Assembly (NCBI GenBank): GCA_964493945.1
Contig: CAZBQG010000004.1
Span: 1 to 42,785, forward strand
Length of the DNA stretch: 42,785 nt
From: an uncultured Rhodospirillaceae bacterium
GTDB taxonomy: Bacteria; Pseudomonadota; Alphaproteobacteria; Rhodospirillales; UBA2165
Direction: 5' to 3'
Part shown: positions 9,770-19,105 of the stretch, one piece after another
Position numbering within the stretch: the first letter of the stretch is position 1
Layout: every line of letters starts with the position of its first letter
Notes under the pieces: model-generated
What the model was told of the DNA's origin: nothing
The model's database searches: none
Seen by the model: the letters and a program-made list of their open reading frames with translations, nothing else
Translations under genes and position numbers: made by a program

Positions 9770-10367
9770 ATGACCGAGACCACGAACCTCACAGTCGGCG
9801 GCAGCGAAATGGAAATGCTCATCGCCCGGCCCGAAGGTCCGGGTCCCCATCCAGGCCTGATCATGGGCATCCACGCGCCGGCCTATACCGGGCTGGAGGC
9901 GGACCGCTTTACGGTTTATGCGGCGGAACGCTATGCCGCCCAGGGCTATATGACCATCGCGCCCTTCCTGTTTCACCGCTACCCATTGGACGGAGAACGT
10001 CAGGTCAAGATCGACGGTCTCCGCGATGACAATATTTTGGCCGACATGAACGCCGCCAGGGACTTCCTAGGGGCCATGGAAGACGTGGATAATGATCGCA
10101 TCGGCGTCCTGGGCCATTGATGCCCCCCCCGACATGGCCTGCCCGGTGATCGGGTTTTTCGGCAATGATGACCAGAACCCTTCGTCCCAGGACGTAACTG
10201 ATATCAGCGCTGCCCTGGATGCGGCGGGCAAGGAGCATGAATTTCACCGCTATGACGGGGCCGGTCATGGGTTCCAGGATTTCAGCCGCCCCGAACGCCA
10301 TCACGAACAGGCTTCGGACGATGCCTGGGAAAGGGTGCTGGGCTTTTCCGGCGACAAGCTCCGATAA
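9770..10367 (+). pseudogene. dienelactone hydrolase family gene, frameshifted and apparently missing the nucleophile segment
   Basis: Two ORFs in different frames (9770-10120 and 10092-10367) together read as a DLH: ...IAPFLFHR...DRIGVLGH then a stop, resuming at ...ACPVIGFFGNDDQ...YDGAGHGF. The break lies next to a C8 run at 10123-10130. Confidence 0.7.
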
Positions 10368-10371
10368 AACC

Positions 10372-11625
10372 CTACAAAATAATCCCCACAACGGCCCCGG
10401 TCATCATGGTGGCCAGGGTTCCCGCAAGGATGGATTTGAGGCCAAGGCCGACGATTTCACTTCTGCGTTCCGGCGCCATGGCGGTGAGGCCGCCGATCAT
10501 GATGCCCAGGCTGCCGAAATTGGCGAACCCGCAGAGGGCATAGACCATGATGATGCGGGAGCGTGGATCCAACGTGCCGGCGGGCAGTTTGGCCAGGTTC
10601 AGATAGGCGATGAATTCATTGAGGATGGTCTTGGTGCCCATCAGCGCACCCGCTGCCGGTGCCTGATCCCAGGGGATGCCTATGAGCCAGGTGACCGGCG
10701 CCATGATCCAGCCCAGTATTCTTTGCAGGGTCAAATTCTCGCCGTTCCAATCCGGCAACAGCCCTAAAATCTGATTGGCCAGATGAACCAGGGCGACCAG
10801 GACGACGAGCATGGCGATCACATTGATCAAAAGCTTGACCCCGTTCATGGTGCCCGTAACGATGGCTTCCATGAAATTCTGGGCTTCCGAGGACGGCATG
10901 AAGAAAGTCTCGCTCTCTTCCCGCCCGGACTTAGATTCCGGCACCATCAGCCTGGCCAGCATGAGGGCGGCCGGCGCGCTGATCAGGGATGCAATCAATA
11001 TATGCCCCGCCGCGTCGCCCAGAACGGGCCCCAGCACGATGGTATAGATCGCCCACATGGTGCCGGCGATGGTCGCCATGCCGGCGCTCATGACCATGAA
11101 CAGTTCGGACCGGGTGAGGCGGGCCATGTAAGGGCGGATGAGAAGGGGAGCTTCGATCATGCCGATAAAGATATTGGCCGCCGCCGCCATGCCGACGGCG
11201 CCGCCGACGCCCAGGCCCCGCTGCAGGGCCAGGGAAAAGCCGCGGATGATCCAGGGCAGAATACGCCAATGAAACAACAGGGCGGAAAGGGCGCTGACCA
11301 CCAGGATGATGGGCAGGGCCTGGAAGGCGAATATGAACGCGGCACCCGGAAATTTTTCGGTGAAGGGCAGGGCGCCGCCGCCCACATAGCCGAAGACGAA
11401 ACCGGTGCCCGCTTTGGTCGCCGCATTTATGGCCAGCACCGCGTCATTGAGCCAGACGAAGACTTCTCTGGAGCCGGGCATCTTGAGCAGCACCAACGCC
11501 AGGCCAAACTGGATGACCAGACCCGCCGCCGCCACTTTCCAGGACGCGGCTTTGCGGTTCTCGCTGATGGCCCAGGCAAAGCCCACCAGAACCAGGCAGC
11601 CGATGGCGCTTTGCAGTGCTGGCAT
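10372..11625 (-). CDS. NupC-type concentrative nucleoside transporter family protein
   Basis: Start moved to ATG 11625 (MPALQSAIGCLVLVGFAWAISENRK, a typical NupC-type N-terminus). It is a polytopic membrane protein and starts 11 nt downstream of the lyase gene stop. Confidence 0.8.
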   Translation of the reverse strand: MPALQSAIGCLVLVGFAWAISENRKAASWKVAAAGLVIQFGLALVLLKMPGSREVFVWLNDAVLAINAATKAGTGFVFGYVGGGALPFTEKFPGAAFIFAFQALPIILVVSALSALLFHWRILPWIIRGFSLALQRGLGVGGAVGMAAAANIFIGMIEAPLLIRPYMARLTRSELFMVMSAGMATIAGTMWAIYTIVLGPVLGDAAGHILIASLISAPAALMLARLMVPESKSGREESETFFMPSSEAQNFMEAIVTGTMNGVKLLINVIAMLVVLVALVHLANQILGLLPDWNGENLTLQRILGWIMAPVTWLIGIPWDQAPAAGALMGTKTILNEFIAYLNLAKLPAGTLDPRSRIIMVYALCGFANFGSLGIMIGGLTAMAPERRSEIVGLGLKSILAGTLATMMTGAVVGIIL

Positions 11626-11636
11626 GGATTGCTGAG

Positions 11637-12599
11637 CTAGGCTTGCGCCAGCTTTTCGCGCATGGCCTTGAGGGTGCCGCCCTTCATCACTGATCCGGGC
11701 AAAGGATGGCCAACCACATCTTCGGCCAGAAGCGCGCATTCGGTCAGCGTATCCAGATCAAGGCCGGTCTCAATACCCATTTCCTCGCACATGAAGACCA
11801 GATCCTCAGTGCATACATTGCCCGCCGCCGCCTTGTTGCCGGCAAAGGGGCAGCCGCCCAGCCCGGCGACGCAGGCATCGTAATGAGCAACGCCCATTTC
11901 CAGCCCGGCATAGGCATTGGCCAGGCCCAGGCCCCGCGTGTCATGGAGATGAAGCGACAATTCCAGATCGGGATATTTATCGCGCACGGCTCCGACGGCC
12001 CGCTTGATATGCTGAGGCGTGGCCCAGCCCATGGTGTCGAGCATGGAAAAACGTTTGACCGTATGGCCGTGATCGGCGGCGATGCTGATGGCCTGGCCAC
12101 AAAGATCGACCACTTTGGAGACCGGGATGTCGCCTTCGAAATTGCAGCCGAAGGCGGCCGAGACGCCGGCCGTGGTGATTTCGATACCTTCTGATTTAAA
12201 TTTGGCCGCGGCCTTGTTGGCGTCTTCTATCTGCTGGGCGCGGTTGCGGTTGGTGTTGCGGATGGAAAAGGCTTCCGACGCACAAAGACTGACGCCCGGC
12301 TTGATCGACAATTTGCCGGTCGCCTTGGCCCGCTCGTAACCCTGATCGTTGAGCCAAAGCCCGGTATAGGTGACGCCCGGCTCCAGGGTCATGCCGGCCA
12401 CCACATCCTCGGCGTCGGCCATGGCAGGCACTTTCTTGGGATTGACGAAGGAAACGGTCTGGATCGTCTTCAATCCGGTCTTGGACAGCGCGTTGATGAA
12501 TTCCACCTTTCGTGCCGTCGATATGGGGCCCTTTTCGATCTGGAATCCTTCGCGCGGGCCTTCTTCCTTGATTTCGACGAATTTGGGCAAATCGCTCAT
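11637..12599 (-). CDS. HMG-CoA lyase-like (DRE-TIM) lyase
   Basis: Motifs DTMGWATP, HLHDTRGLGLANAYAG and GLGGCPFA; 320 aa. Confidence 0.85.
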   Translation of the reverse strand: MSDLPKFVEIKEEGPREGFQIEKGPISTARKVEFINALSKTGLKTIQTVSFVNPKKVPAMADAEDVVAGMTLEPGVTYTGLWLNDQGYERAKATGKLSIKPGVSLCASEAFSIRNTNRNRAQQIEDANKAAAKFKSEGIEITTAGVSAAFGCNFEGDIPVSKVVDLCGQAISIAADHGHTVKRFSMLDTMGWATPQHIKRAVGAVRDKYPDLELSLHLHDTRGLGLANAYAGLEMGVAHYDACVAGLGGCPFAGNKAAAGNVCTEDLVFMCEEMGIETGLDLDTLTECALLAEDVVGHPLPGSVMKGGTLKAMREKLAQA

Positions 12600-12725
12600 G
12601 GCTGCCTCCCTTGATTTTCGGTGTCCGGCAATTACGGTCTGGCGTCAGTATAGGAAATTTCAGATGGCTTGCCCATGCCCGGATAGTAGCTTTAAATATT
12701 GATCATGGAAAAAGGGAGATAGATC

Positions 12726-13985
12726 ATGGGCATGACGATGGCCGAAAAAATACTGGCTCGCGCTTCCGGCAGGGAAAACGTGCGGCCCGGCGAGTTCGTG
12801 ACGGGGCAGGTGGATATCATGATGGGCAACGATATCACCTTTCGTGATGCCATCCAGAACCTGTTGGAGGTCAATCTCAAAAAACTGGCCGATCCCGACC
12901 GGGTAGTGGTGTTCCTCGATCATTTCGTGCCGGCGGCCAACGGCGAGCAGGCGGAGAACCAGAATTTGGTGCGCCGCTATGTGAAGGATTTCAAGGTCAA
13001 AAATTTCTACGATGTGGGCTGTGGCATCGAACATGTGATTTTGCCTGAAATGGGCCACGCCCTGCCCGGATATCTGATCGTCGGGGCCGATTCCCATACT
13101 ACCACCTATGGTGCCCTGGGCGCGGCGGCCACCGGGCTTGGATATACGGAGCTGGCCTATGCCATGTATAAGGGCTCGCTCTGGTTCCGGGTGCCCGAAA
13201 CCATCCGCTTTCAGTTGGACGGGGCCCTGGCCCCCGGCGTGTCGTCGAAGGATGCCATGTTGGCCCTGATGGCCCAGCACGGTACGGAAAAAGCCCAATA
13301 TAAATCCATCGAATTTTGCGGCACCGCGGCCCAGGCCATGAGCATCCAGGCGCGCATGACTATGAGCAATATCGGCGTCGAAATGGGCGCCAAATTCTCC
13401 TTCTTCGCGACCGATGAAAAGACCCTGGAATATCTGCGCCCGCGCACCGATAAAGCAATCGATCAGCTGGGCCCGGACGAAGACGCCGAATATGCCGAAA
13501 CCCACCATCTGGATTGTGCCAATCTGGAACCGCAAATTGCCCTGCCGCACAATCCGGACAATGTGAAACCCATAACCGAATTGGGCGAAATTTCCGTGCA
13601 GCAGGCCTTCATCGGGTCGTGCACCAATGCGCGTTCGGAAGATCTGGAACTGGCCGCCGCCATTCTCAAGGGACATAAGGTGGCTGAGGGCACCCGGCTT
13701 CTGGTCACGCCCGGCTCCCAGGAGACCATGCGGGAGGCGTCCAAAAGCGGCGCACTTGGCATCTTCATCGAGGCCGGCGCCATGATCGGGCCGCCCGGCT
13801 GCGGGCCTTGTGGTGGCTCATCGGCGGGGGTGCTTGGCCCGGGCGAGAACGGCATCGCCTGCACCAACCGCAATTTCAAGGGGCGCATGGGCTCGACGGA
13901 AAGCTTCAATCATCTGGCCTCGCCGCAAACCGTTGCCGCTTCGGCCATCGAAGGCCGCATCGCCGATCCGCGCAAATATCTTTGA
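12726..13985 (+). CDS. aconitase-family hydro-lyase large subunit (LeuC/HacA type)
   Basis: GADSHTTTYGALGA, GSCTNARSEDL and PGCGPCGG supply the three Fe-S cluster Cys ligands. The 419-aa length fits the short-type large subunit. Confidence 0.85.
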   Translation: MGMTMAEKILARASGRENVRPGEFVTGQVDIMMGNDITFRDAIQNLLEVNLKKLADPDRVVVFLDHFVPAANGEQAENQNLVRRYVKDFKVKNFYDVGCGIEHVILPEMGHALPGYLIVGADSHTTTYGALGAAATGLGYTELAYAMYKGSLWFRVPETIRFQLDGALAPGVSSKDAMLALMAQHGTEKAQYKSIEFCGTAAQAMSIQARMTMSNIGVEMGAKFSFFATDEKTLEYLRPRTDKAIDQLGPDEDAEYAETHHLDCANLEPQIALPHNPDNVKPITELGEISVQQAFIGSCTNARSEDLELAAAILKGHKVAEGTRLLVTPGSQETMREASKSGALGIFIEAGAMIGPPGCGPCGGSSAGVLGPGENGIACTNRNFKGRMGSTESFNHLASPQTVAASAIEGRIADPRKYL

Positions 13986-14007
13986 TCCGGAATAAGGGGA
14001 CAAAGCA

Positions 14008-14520
14008 ATGAACCTTACCGTGCAGGGCAAGACCTGGAAGTTCGCCGAAGACATCAATACCGATTTTATGTCACCAAGCTTCACCAAGAACATGGGCTGG
14101 GACGAAGTCAAGGGACATATCCTGCATGTCCATAAGGGCTTCACCGCCGGGTTTCAGCCGGGCGACGTGATCGTAGCCGGGCCCAATTTTGGCTGTGGAT
14201 CAAGCCGCCAGACGGCGCCTGAAAATTTGAAAAAGCTGGGTGTCGGCTGCGTCGTGGCCGAAAGCTTCGGGCGCATCTTTTTCCGCAATTCCATCGCCAT
14301 CGCATTACCGGTGCTGGCCTGCCCGGGAATCACGGAGAATTTCGAAGAAGGCGACCAGTTGGAAGTGAATTTCGACCGTTCCACGGTTAAGAACCTGACC
14401 CAGGGCACGGATATCCAGGCTCCGCCCCTGTCGGAAGAACTGGTCCGCATCCTGGCCGCCGGCGGCGCGCAGCAATTGCTCCGCGAAGAGGCCGAAGGCA
14501 GGGCTAAAGACGGATCATGA
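14008..14520 (+). CDS. aconitase-family hydro-lyase small subunit (LeuD type)
   Basis: 170 aa with the GPNFGCGSSRQTAPE swivel-domain motif. It starts 22 nt after the large subunit. Confidence 0.85.
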   Translation: MNLTVQGKTWKFAEDINTDFMSPSFTKNMGWDEVKGHILHVHKGFTAGFQPGDVIVAGPNFGCGSSRQTAPENLKKLGVGCVVAESFGRIFFRNSIAIALPVLACPGITENFEEGDQLEVNFDRSTVKNLTQGTDIQAPPLSEELVRILAAGGAQQLLREEAEGRAKDGS

Positions 14521-15155
14521 TATCCCGTCTTGTAAAATATCTTTTTGTTCCGCTGCTGGCAATCTTCCTGGTGGCGGCCAAGGTGGATGACCATCCGGTG
14601 GGCAAGGTGGCACGTATTGAAGGGACGGCCTTCGCCATGCAGGACGCCCAACCCCGAGTCCTGGCTGTGGGCTCTACCATCTTCGAAAATGACGTGATTT
14701 CCACCGGGCGGAAAAGCCGCTTGCGTCTGACCATGATCGATAAGGGAAGTTTCACGCTGGGCGAGCAGGCCATGTTCATCGTCTTGGAATATATCGCCAA
14801 GGCCGGCCAGGAAAATGCCACTGCGCGCCTCTTGTCGGGTGCGGTTAATCTGGTCTCCGGGACCATCGCTAGCGCCAAGGGTGGCAGCCTGCGCATAGAA
14901 TCCGAAACCGCCAGCATCGGCATAAGGGGCACCATGGCTTGGGGCGGCATCATCGACGAGGTGTCCCAGGTGGCTTATTTCAAAGGCAAATCGGTGACGG
15001 TGGAAAATGCCGGAGGCAAGGTTGAACTCACCCGGGCGGGCTACGGGACCCGTATTGCGGGCCCCGGCGTGGCGCCCTCACCGCCCAAAAAATGGGGCAA
15101 GGGCAAGATCAAACGCGCCGCCGCCATGACCGCCTTTTCTACGCCCACGCCTTAA
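14517..15155 (+). CDS. FecR-domain protein with N-terminal signal/anchor
   Basis: The ATG overlaps the LeuD-like stop (ATGA 14517-14520). The N-terminus is hydrophobic (LFVPLLAIFLVAA). A FecR-type pattern follows: VGSTIFENDVISTGRKSRLRLTMIDKGSFTLGEQ...IGIRGTMAW. Confidence 0.65.
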   Translation: MISRLVKYLFVPLLAIFLVAAKVDDHPVGKVARIEGTAFAMQDAQPRVLAVGSTIFENDVISTGRKSRLRLTMIDKGSFTLGEQAMFIVLEYIAKAGQENATARLLSGAVNLVSGTIASAKGGSLRIESETASIGIRGTMAWGGIIDEVSQVAYFKGKSVTVENAGGKVELTRAGYGTRIAGPGVAPSPPKKWGKGKIKRAAAMTAFSTPTP

Positions 15156-15167
15156 GGAGAAAAGAAC

Positions 15168-16154
15168 GTGAGTGATCTCAAACTCAGTGCTGCACTGGGA
15201 CCTTATGACCGGATCAATGCCCTGGAAAGTGGTGCGGTGCGGGCCGATGGGATTGAGCTGGCGGTAACCACCATCCAATCGCCCCGGACATTATTTGACC
15301 GCTTCATCTATGACGGCGATTTCGATGTTGCTGAATATGGCATTTCCATATTGATCGATGACATCGCGTCGGGAAATGATGCTTTCGTCGGCCTGCCTAT
15401 CTTTCCGTCGAAGGCCTTTCGCCATGGCTTCGTCTTTATCAATAAACAAAGTAGCATCAAAACGCCCGGCGATCTGGCGGAAAAGATCATCGGCACGCCC
15501 TTATGGGCCCAGACCGCGGCCATATGGATCCGGGGCCATCTTCAACATGATTATGGCGTCGATCTGGGGTCGGTCCGCTGGGTGCAGGGTGCCGTCGAAA
15601 AGGCCGGCTCTCATGGCAATCCGCCGCTCCCCGACCCGCTCACCCCCATCCAGATCGAAAAGGCGCCGGCGGATAAATCCCTCAACGACATGCTGGCGGC
15701 AGGCGAGATCGATGCCTTGATCGGATCGCGCGCGCCCGATTGCATGAGGCAGAACCCGGATGTCGCCCGCCTGTTCCCCGATTACCGCGCCGTGGAACGG
15801 GAATATTTTCAAAAGACCCGCATCCACCCGATCATGCATTGCATCGCCATCCGGCGCGCGGTCTATGAGGCCAATCCATGGATCGCCCAAAGTCTTTACA
15901 AGGCGTTTGAAGATGCCAAGACCCATGCCCTGGAGCTGATGCGCTTTTCCGGCGCCCAGCGGGTCATGCTGCCCTGGCTCTATGGCGATCTGGACGAGGT
16001 CAACGAACTGTTCGGCGGCGACCCCTGGCCCTATGGCGTGGAGGCCAACCGCCCCACACTGGAGGCCCTGACCCAATACATGGCCGAGCAGGGCATGACG
16101 CCGCACGAAGTGGCGCTCAAGGATTTGTTTGTGCCGGAAAACACCGATCTGTGA
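15168..16154 (+). CDS. 4,5-dihydroxyphthalate decarboxylase (PhtD)-like protein
   Basis: GTG start behind an AAGGAGAA SD. The pattern LKLSAALGPYDRINALESGAV...FDVAEYGIS...FPSKAFRHGFVFIN...GTPLWAQTAAIWIRGHLQHDYGV is one I recognise from PhtD-like proteins. Confidence 0.7.
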   Translation: MSDLKLSAALGPYDRINALESGAVRADGIELAVTTIQSPRTLFDRFIYDGDFDVAEYGISILIDDIASGNDAFVGLPIFPSKAFRHGFVFINKQSSIKTPGDLAEKIIGTPLWAQTAAIWIRGHLQHDYGVDLGSVRWVQGAVEKAGSHGNPPLPDPLTPIQIEKAPADKSLNDMLAAGEIDALIGSRAPDCMRQNPDVARLFPDYRAVEREYFQKTRIHPIMHCIAIRRAVYEANPWIAQSLYKAFEDAKTHALELMRFSGAQRVMLPWLYGDLDEVNELFGGDPWPYGVEANRPTLEALTQYMAEQGMTPHEVALKDLFVPENTDL

Positions 16155-16156
16155 AT

Positions 16157-16711
16157 CTAAGTCCCCTTACCCTTGATACGCCATTCCCGGTATTTGGCAT
16201 CGGTTGAACGGCACGGAGCGAGTTCCAGATTGCGGGACATGAAGGGCCCCGCTGGCCGGCTTGATGCACCGGCCGTGAGGCAGAGGCTGCCATTGGCGGC
16301 CGGGCGGAATTCCGAGGTTTGGCTGTTATATATGAACAATTGCTTTTGGGATCCCGAAGCGCAATTCACCAGTCCCAGCGTGACGCCGGCGGCGGCGGGC
16401 CGGATAAGCTCCGCGCATTTTCCGGAAAAGATGGCCGACATGATTTGGCGCGAGGTTTTGTCATAAGCGAATTGGACATCCCCTCCATGGGGTTTGCAGG
16501 AATGGGTGTGGAGTCTCTCACCGAACCCCCGTCCAACCGTGTCGATACACCAGCCGAGCTTATCCTGCTCGTCCAGATTATCGGCCAGATAAATGACCGG
16601 CCCGGGTGTTTGCAGGTCTGGCGGGCCCGCCTGGGCAGGCGTTGGTGTGAATAGGGCAAGCAAGGCCACTCCAAGCAGAAACCTGCCGGTTTGATCAATA
16701 AGGTATTTCAT
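16157..16711 (-). CDS. secreted protein, possible ricin-B-type beta-trefoil
   Basis: Start moved to ATG 16711 behind a GGAGGAG SD. It has a signal peptide (LLGVALLALFTPTPAQA). Three pseudo-repeats carry QxW-like ends (VQFAYD, KQLFIYN, REWRIKG). Confidence 0.5.
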   Translation of the reverse strand: MKYLIDQTGRFLLGVALLALFTPTPAQAGPPDLQTPGPVIYLADNLDEQDKLGWCIDTVGRGFGERLHTHSCKPHGGDVQFAYDKTSRQIMSAIFSGKCAELIRPAAAGVTLGLVNCASGSQKQLFIYNSQTSEFRPAANGSLCLTAGASSRPAGPFMSRNLELAPCRSTDAKYREWRIKGKGT

Positions 16712-16786
16712 TTCCCTTCTCCTCCGTTCGTCAACCATTACCCGTGGGTGCTTGAGGTTAGAAACGGAATAGGCCGGCTTTTCCAT

Positions 16787-17773
16787 CTACAAACCCAACA
16801 GAGCTTCAATATTCCCGGAAAAAATTCTTTCCTGATCCTCCGCGTCCAGCCACGATTTCCTCACCGCATTGATCGACCATTCGGTCGAAAAAATAGGGCA
16901 ATCCGTGCCGAAAACCACACGCTCCACGCCGAACAGTTCAGCCGCCATGCGGATGGACCGGGGGCCCAGAGAGGCGCAATCCACATGAACTTTCCCGGCC
17001 CGGGCGGTGAACATCTCCATATCCGGATCGCGGGTCAGGGCCATTTGGTCCATGCGCTCGATGACCATAGGGAGCGTGCCGCCCAAATTGGCCACATGCA
17101 TGGTGAAGTTGGAATAAGGGTCCAGATAATCACTGAACAGCAAGGTCACCATGCAGTGTGATACCATGTGCTGGACGCCCAGGGCCTGGCGCGCCAAGGG
17201 CGTGTCCATGACGGGCGGTTTGGGCGCATCCGCCAATCGTTCATCGGGGCGCGGGCCGGGATGGATGAACAGATGCCCGCCCAACTCGTTCGCCGCTTCC
17301 AGGAACGGCTTGTAGCGTTCGGCGTGGGCCAGGCTGACGAAGCCGTTATTGGGTAAGATAGCGCCGATCAGGCCAAGCTCGGTCCTGGCCCGGCGGTATT
17401 CCTTGATGGCCTGATCCATATCGGCCCAGGGCAGGGCGGCCAGGCCTGAGAAATTTTCCGGGTGGGATTTGGCCAGGCGGGCGGCTTCATCGTTGAAGGC
17501 GCTCAGCAGATGGGCGCAATCGGCGGCCGGCAGGCTGTCCAGCCCGAATAAACCGGGGAAGGACAATATCTGGCGCCCGATACCCCATTTTTTCATGAAT
17601 TGAAGCCGTGCCTCCGTATCCTGAAAGACCTTGCCGAAGGCCAATGGGCCGTTGGGCATATGGAAGATTTCCTCGCCCGCCGGGTTGGTATCGATATAGG
17701 GGGGCGTTTTCCGCCCGCGGCAGGCTTCGCTGATTACCGCTGGCACGAAATGGGTGTGGGTGTCGATGATCAT
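16787..17773 (-). CDS. amidohydrolase_2 family protein (ACMSD/LigW/resorcylate-decarboxylase type)
   Basis: An N-terminal IIDTHTHF HxH metal motif; 328 aa. It starts 3 nt after the stop of the upstream CoA-transferase gene. Confidence 0.85.
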   Translation of the reverse strand: MIIDTHTHFVPAVISEACRGRKTPPYIDTNPAGEEIFHMPNGPLAFGKVFQDTEARLQFMKKWGIGRQILSFPGLFGLDSLPAADCAHLLSAFNDEAARLAKSHPENFSGLAALPWADMDQAIKEYRRARTELGLIGAILPNNGFVSLAHAERYKPFLEAANELGGHLFIHPGPRPDERLADAPKPPVMDTPLARQALGVQHMVSHCMVTLLFSDYLDPYSNFTMHVANLGGTLPMVIERMDQMALTRDPDMEMFTARAGKVHVDCASLGPRSIRMAAELFGVERVVFGTDCPIFSTEWSINAVRKSWLDAEDQERIFSGNIEALLGL

Positions 17774-17776
17774 CGC

Positions 17777-18994
17777 TCAGGCACCTTCGGCTTCCGGCCA
17801 GACGACGATTTCGCGGGCGCCCAGATCATTGATTTCACCCTCGCTCAGACCCATGTCAGACAGGATCTCCCGGCTATGTTCTCCGATGGCCGGGGTCTGC
17901 ATACGAAGCCCGAATTCGTGATTGCTCATTTCCAGGGGCAGGCCGGGAATGGGCGCGGTGATGCCGCCGGGGAAGTCGATATCCACCATGCGCCCGCCTT
18001 CGTTCAGATGTGGATCGTCGAACAGATCGCCGGGCCTGGCGACCGGGGCGAAGGGCACGTTTATTTTGTCACAAAGCGCTACCATATCGGCCAGGGTCTC
18101 GCCGCCCACCACTTCACGGGTGATGGGCAAGGTTGTCGGGCGTTCGCGCACCCTATCGGCGTTGGTCGCAAAGCGCGGATTCTCGATCATGTCGGTGTGC
18201 CCGAAATGCTCCCAGAAGGCGCGCCAATGATTGTCGCTGGTAAGCCCGATGAAGATGCTGTCGCCGTCTTTTGTCTCGATGGGCTCATAGATGGCCCAGG
18301 CACCGGCGCGCTTTTCCTTATCGGCCATGGGCGGCGGTGGATTGCCGGTGATCGCTTCGCCGGCCATATGCTGGGATACAAGGAAAGCAGTGCTTTCAAA
18401 CAAGGATGATTTGACGAACTGCCCCTTGCCGGTGATTTCCCGTTCGCGCAGCGCCGCCTGCACGCCGACGACGGCGAACATGCCGCCCAGAATATCGACG
18501 ATGGAAGCGCCGGCCCGCAAGGGCTGACCAGGCGGGCCGGTCATATAGGCAAGCCCGGCCATGAACTGAACCACTTCGTCGAGCGCCGGGCGGTGTTCAT
18601 AGGGCCCCGACAGAAAGCCCTTCATGGCGGCGAAGATGATGCGGGGATTGATCTTGGAAAGAGCCTCATAGCCCACCCCCAGCCGGTCCATGGTGCCCGG
18701 TCCGAAATTTTCCAGCACCACGTCTGATTCCTTGACCAGGCGGTGGATCAATTCGCGGCCTTCGTCCGACTTCATATTGACCGCTAGGCTGCGCTTGTTG
18801 CGGTTGAAGGCATAAAAGAAGCCTTGGGCGAAGCCCCGCATGCGCCGGGTCTTATCGCCGCCGGGGGCGGCTTCCACCTTGATCACGTCGGCCCCCAGAT
18901 CGGCCAGCACCACTCCCGCCGTCGGGCCCATGACCGTGTGGCAGAATTCCAGGACCTTGATACCGCCCAGCGGCAGACTGCCCCCATCGCTCAT
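17777..18994 (-). CDS. family III CoA-transferase (CaiB/BaiF type)
   Basis: Start moved to ATG 18994 behind an AAGGGGAGAA SD. Motifs are GIKVLEFCHTVMGPTAGVVLADLGADVIKVE and IVDILGGMF. Confidence 0.9.
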   Translation of the reverse strand: MSDGGSLPLGGIKVLEFCHTVMGPTAGVVLADLGADVIKVEAAPGGDKTRRMRGFAQGFFYAFNRNKRSLAVNMKSDEGRELIHRLVKESDVVLENFGPGTMDRLGVGYEALSKINPRIIFAAMKGFLSGPYEHRPALDEVVQFMAGLAYMTGPPGQPLRAGASIVDILGGMFAVVGVQAALREREITGKGQFVKSSLFESTAFLVSQHMAGEAITGNPPPPMADKEKRAGAWAIYEPIETKDGDSIFIGLTSDNHWRAFWEHFGHTDMIENPRFATNADRVRERPTTLPITREVVGGETLADMVALCDKINVPFAPVARPGDLFDDPHLNEGGRMVDIDFPGGITAPIPGLPLEMSNHEFGLRMQTPAIGEHSREILSDMGLSEGEINDLGAREIVVWPEAEGA

Positions 18995-19105
18995 TCGCGC
19001 GTTCTCCCCTTTTGGGTATTGGCCAGCATAATAGTCCGGCCCCTTGCAGAGCAAGCCGCCGCTCTGGGATAATGGGCGCCATCAACAACCCAAAAGGAGG
19101 AACTC

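Noticed and set aside
12726-14520. Calling these genes leuC/leuD of leucine biosynthesis.
   Set aside because: No leuA or leuB is nearby. The pair is embedded between a lyase, a FecR-domain gene and a decarboxylase-like gene. The family assignment is kept but the biosynthetic gene symbols are withheld.
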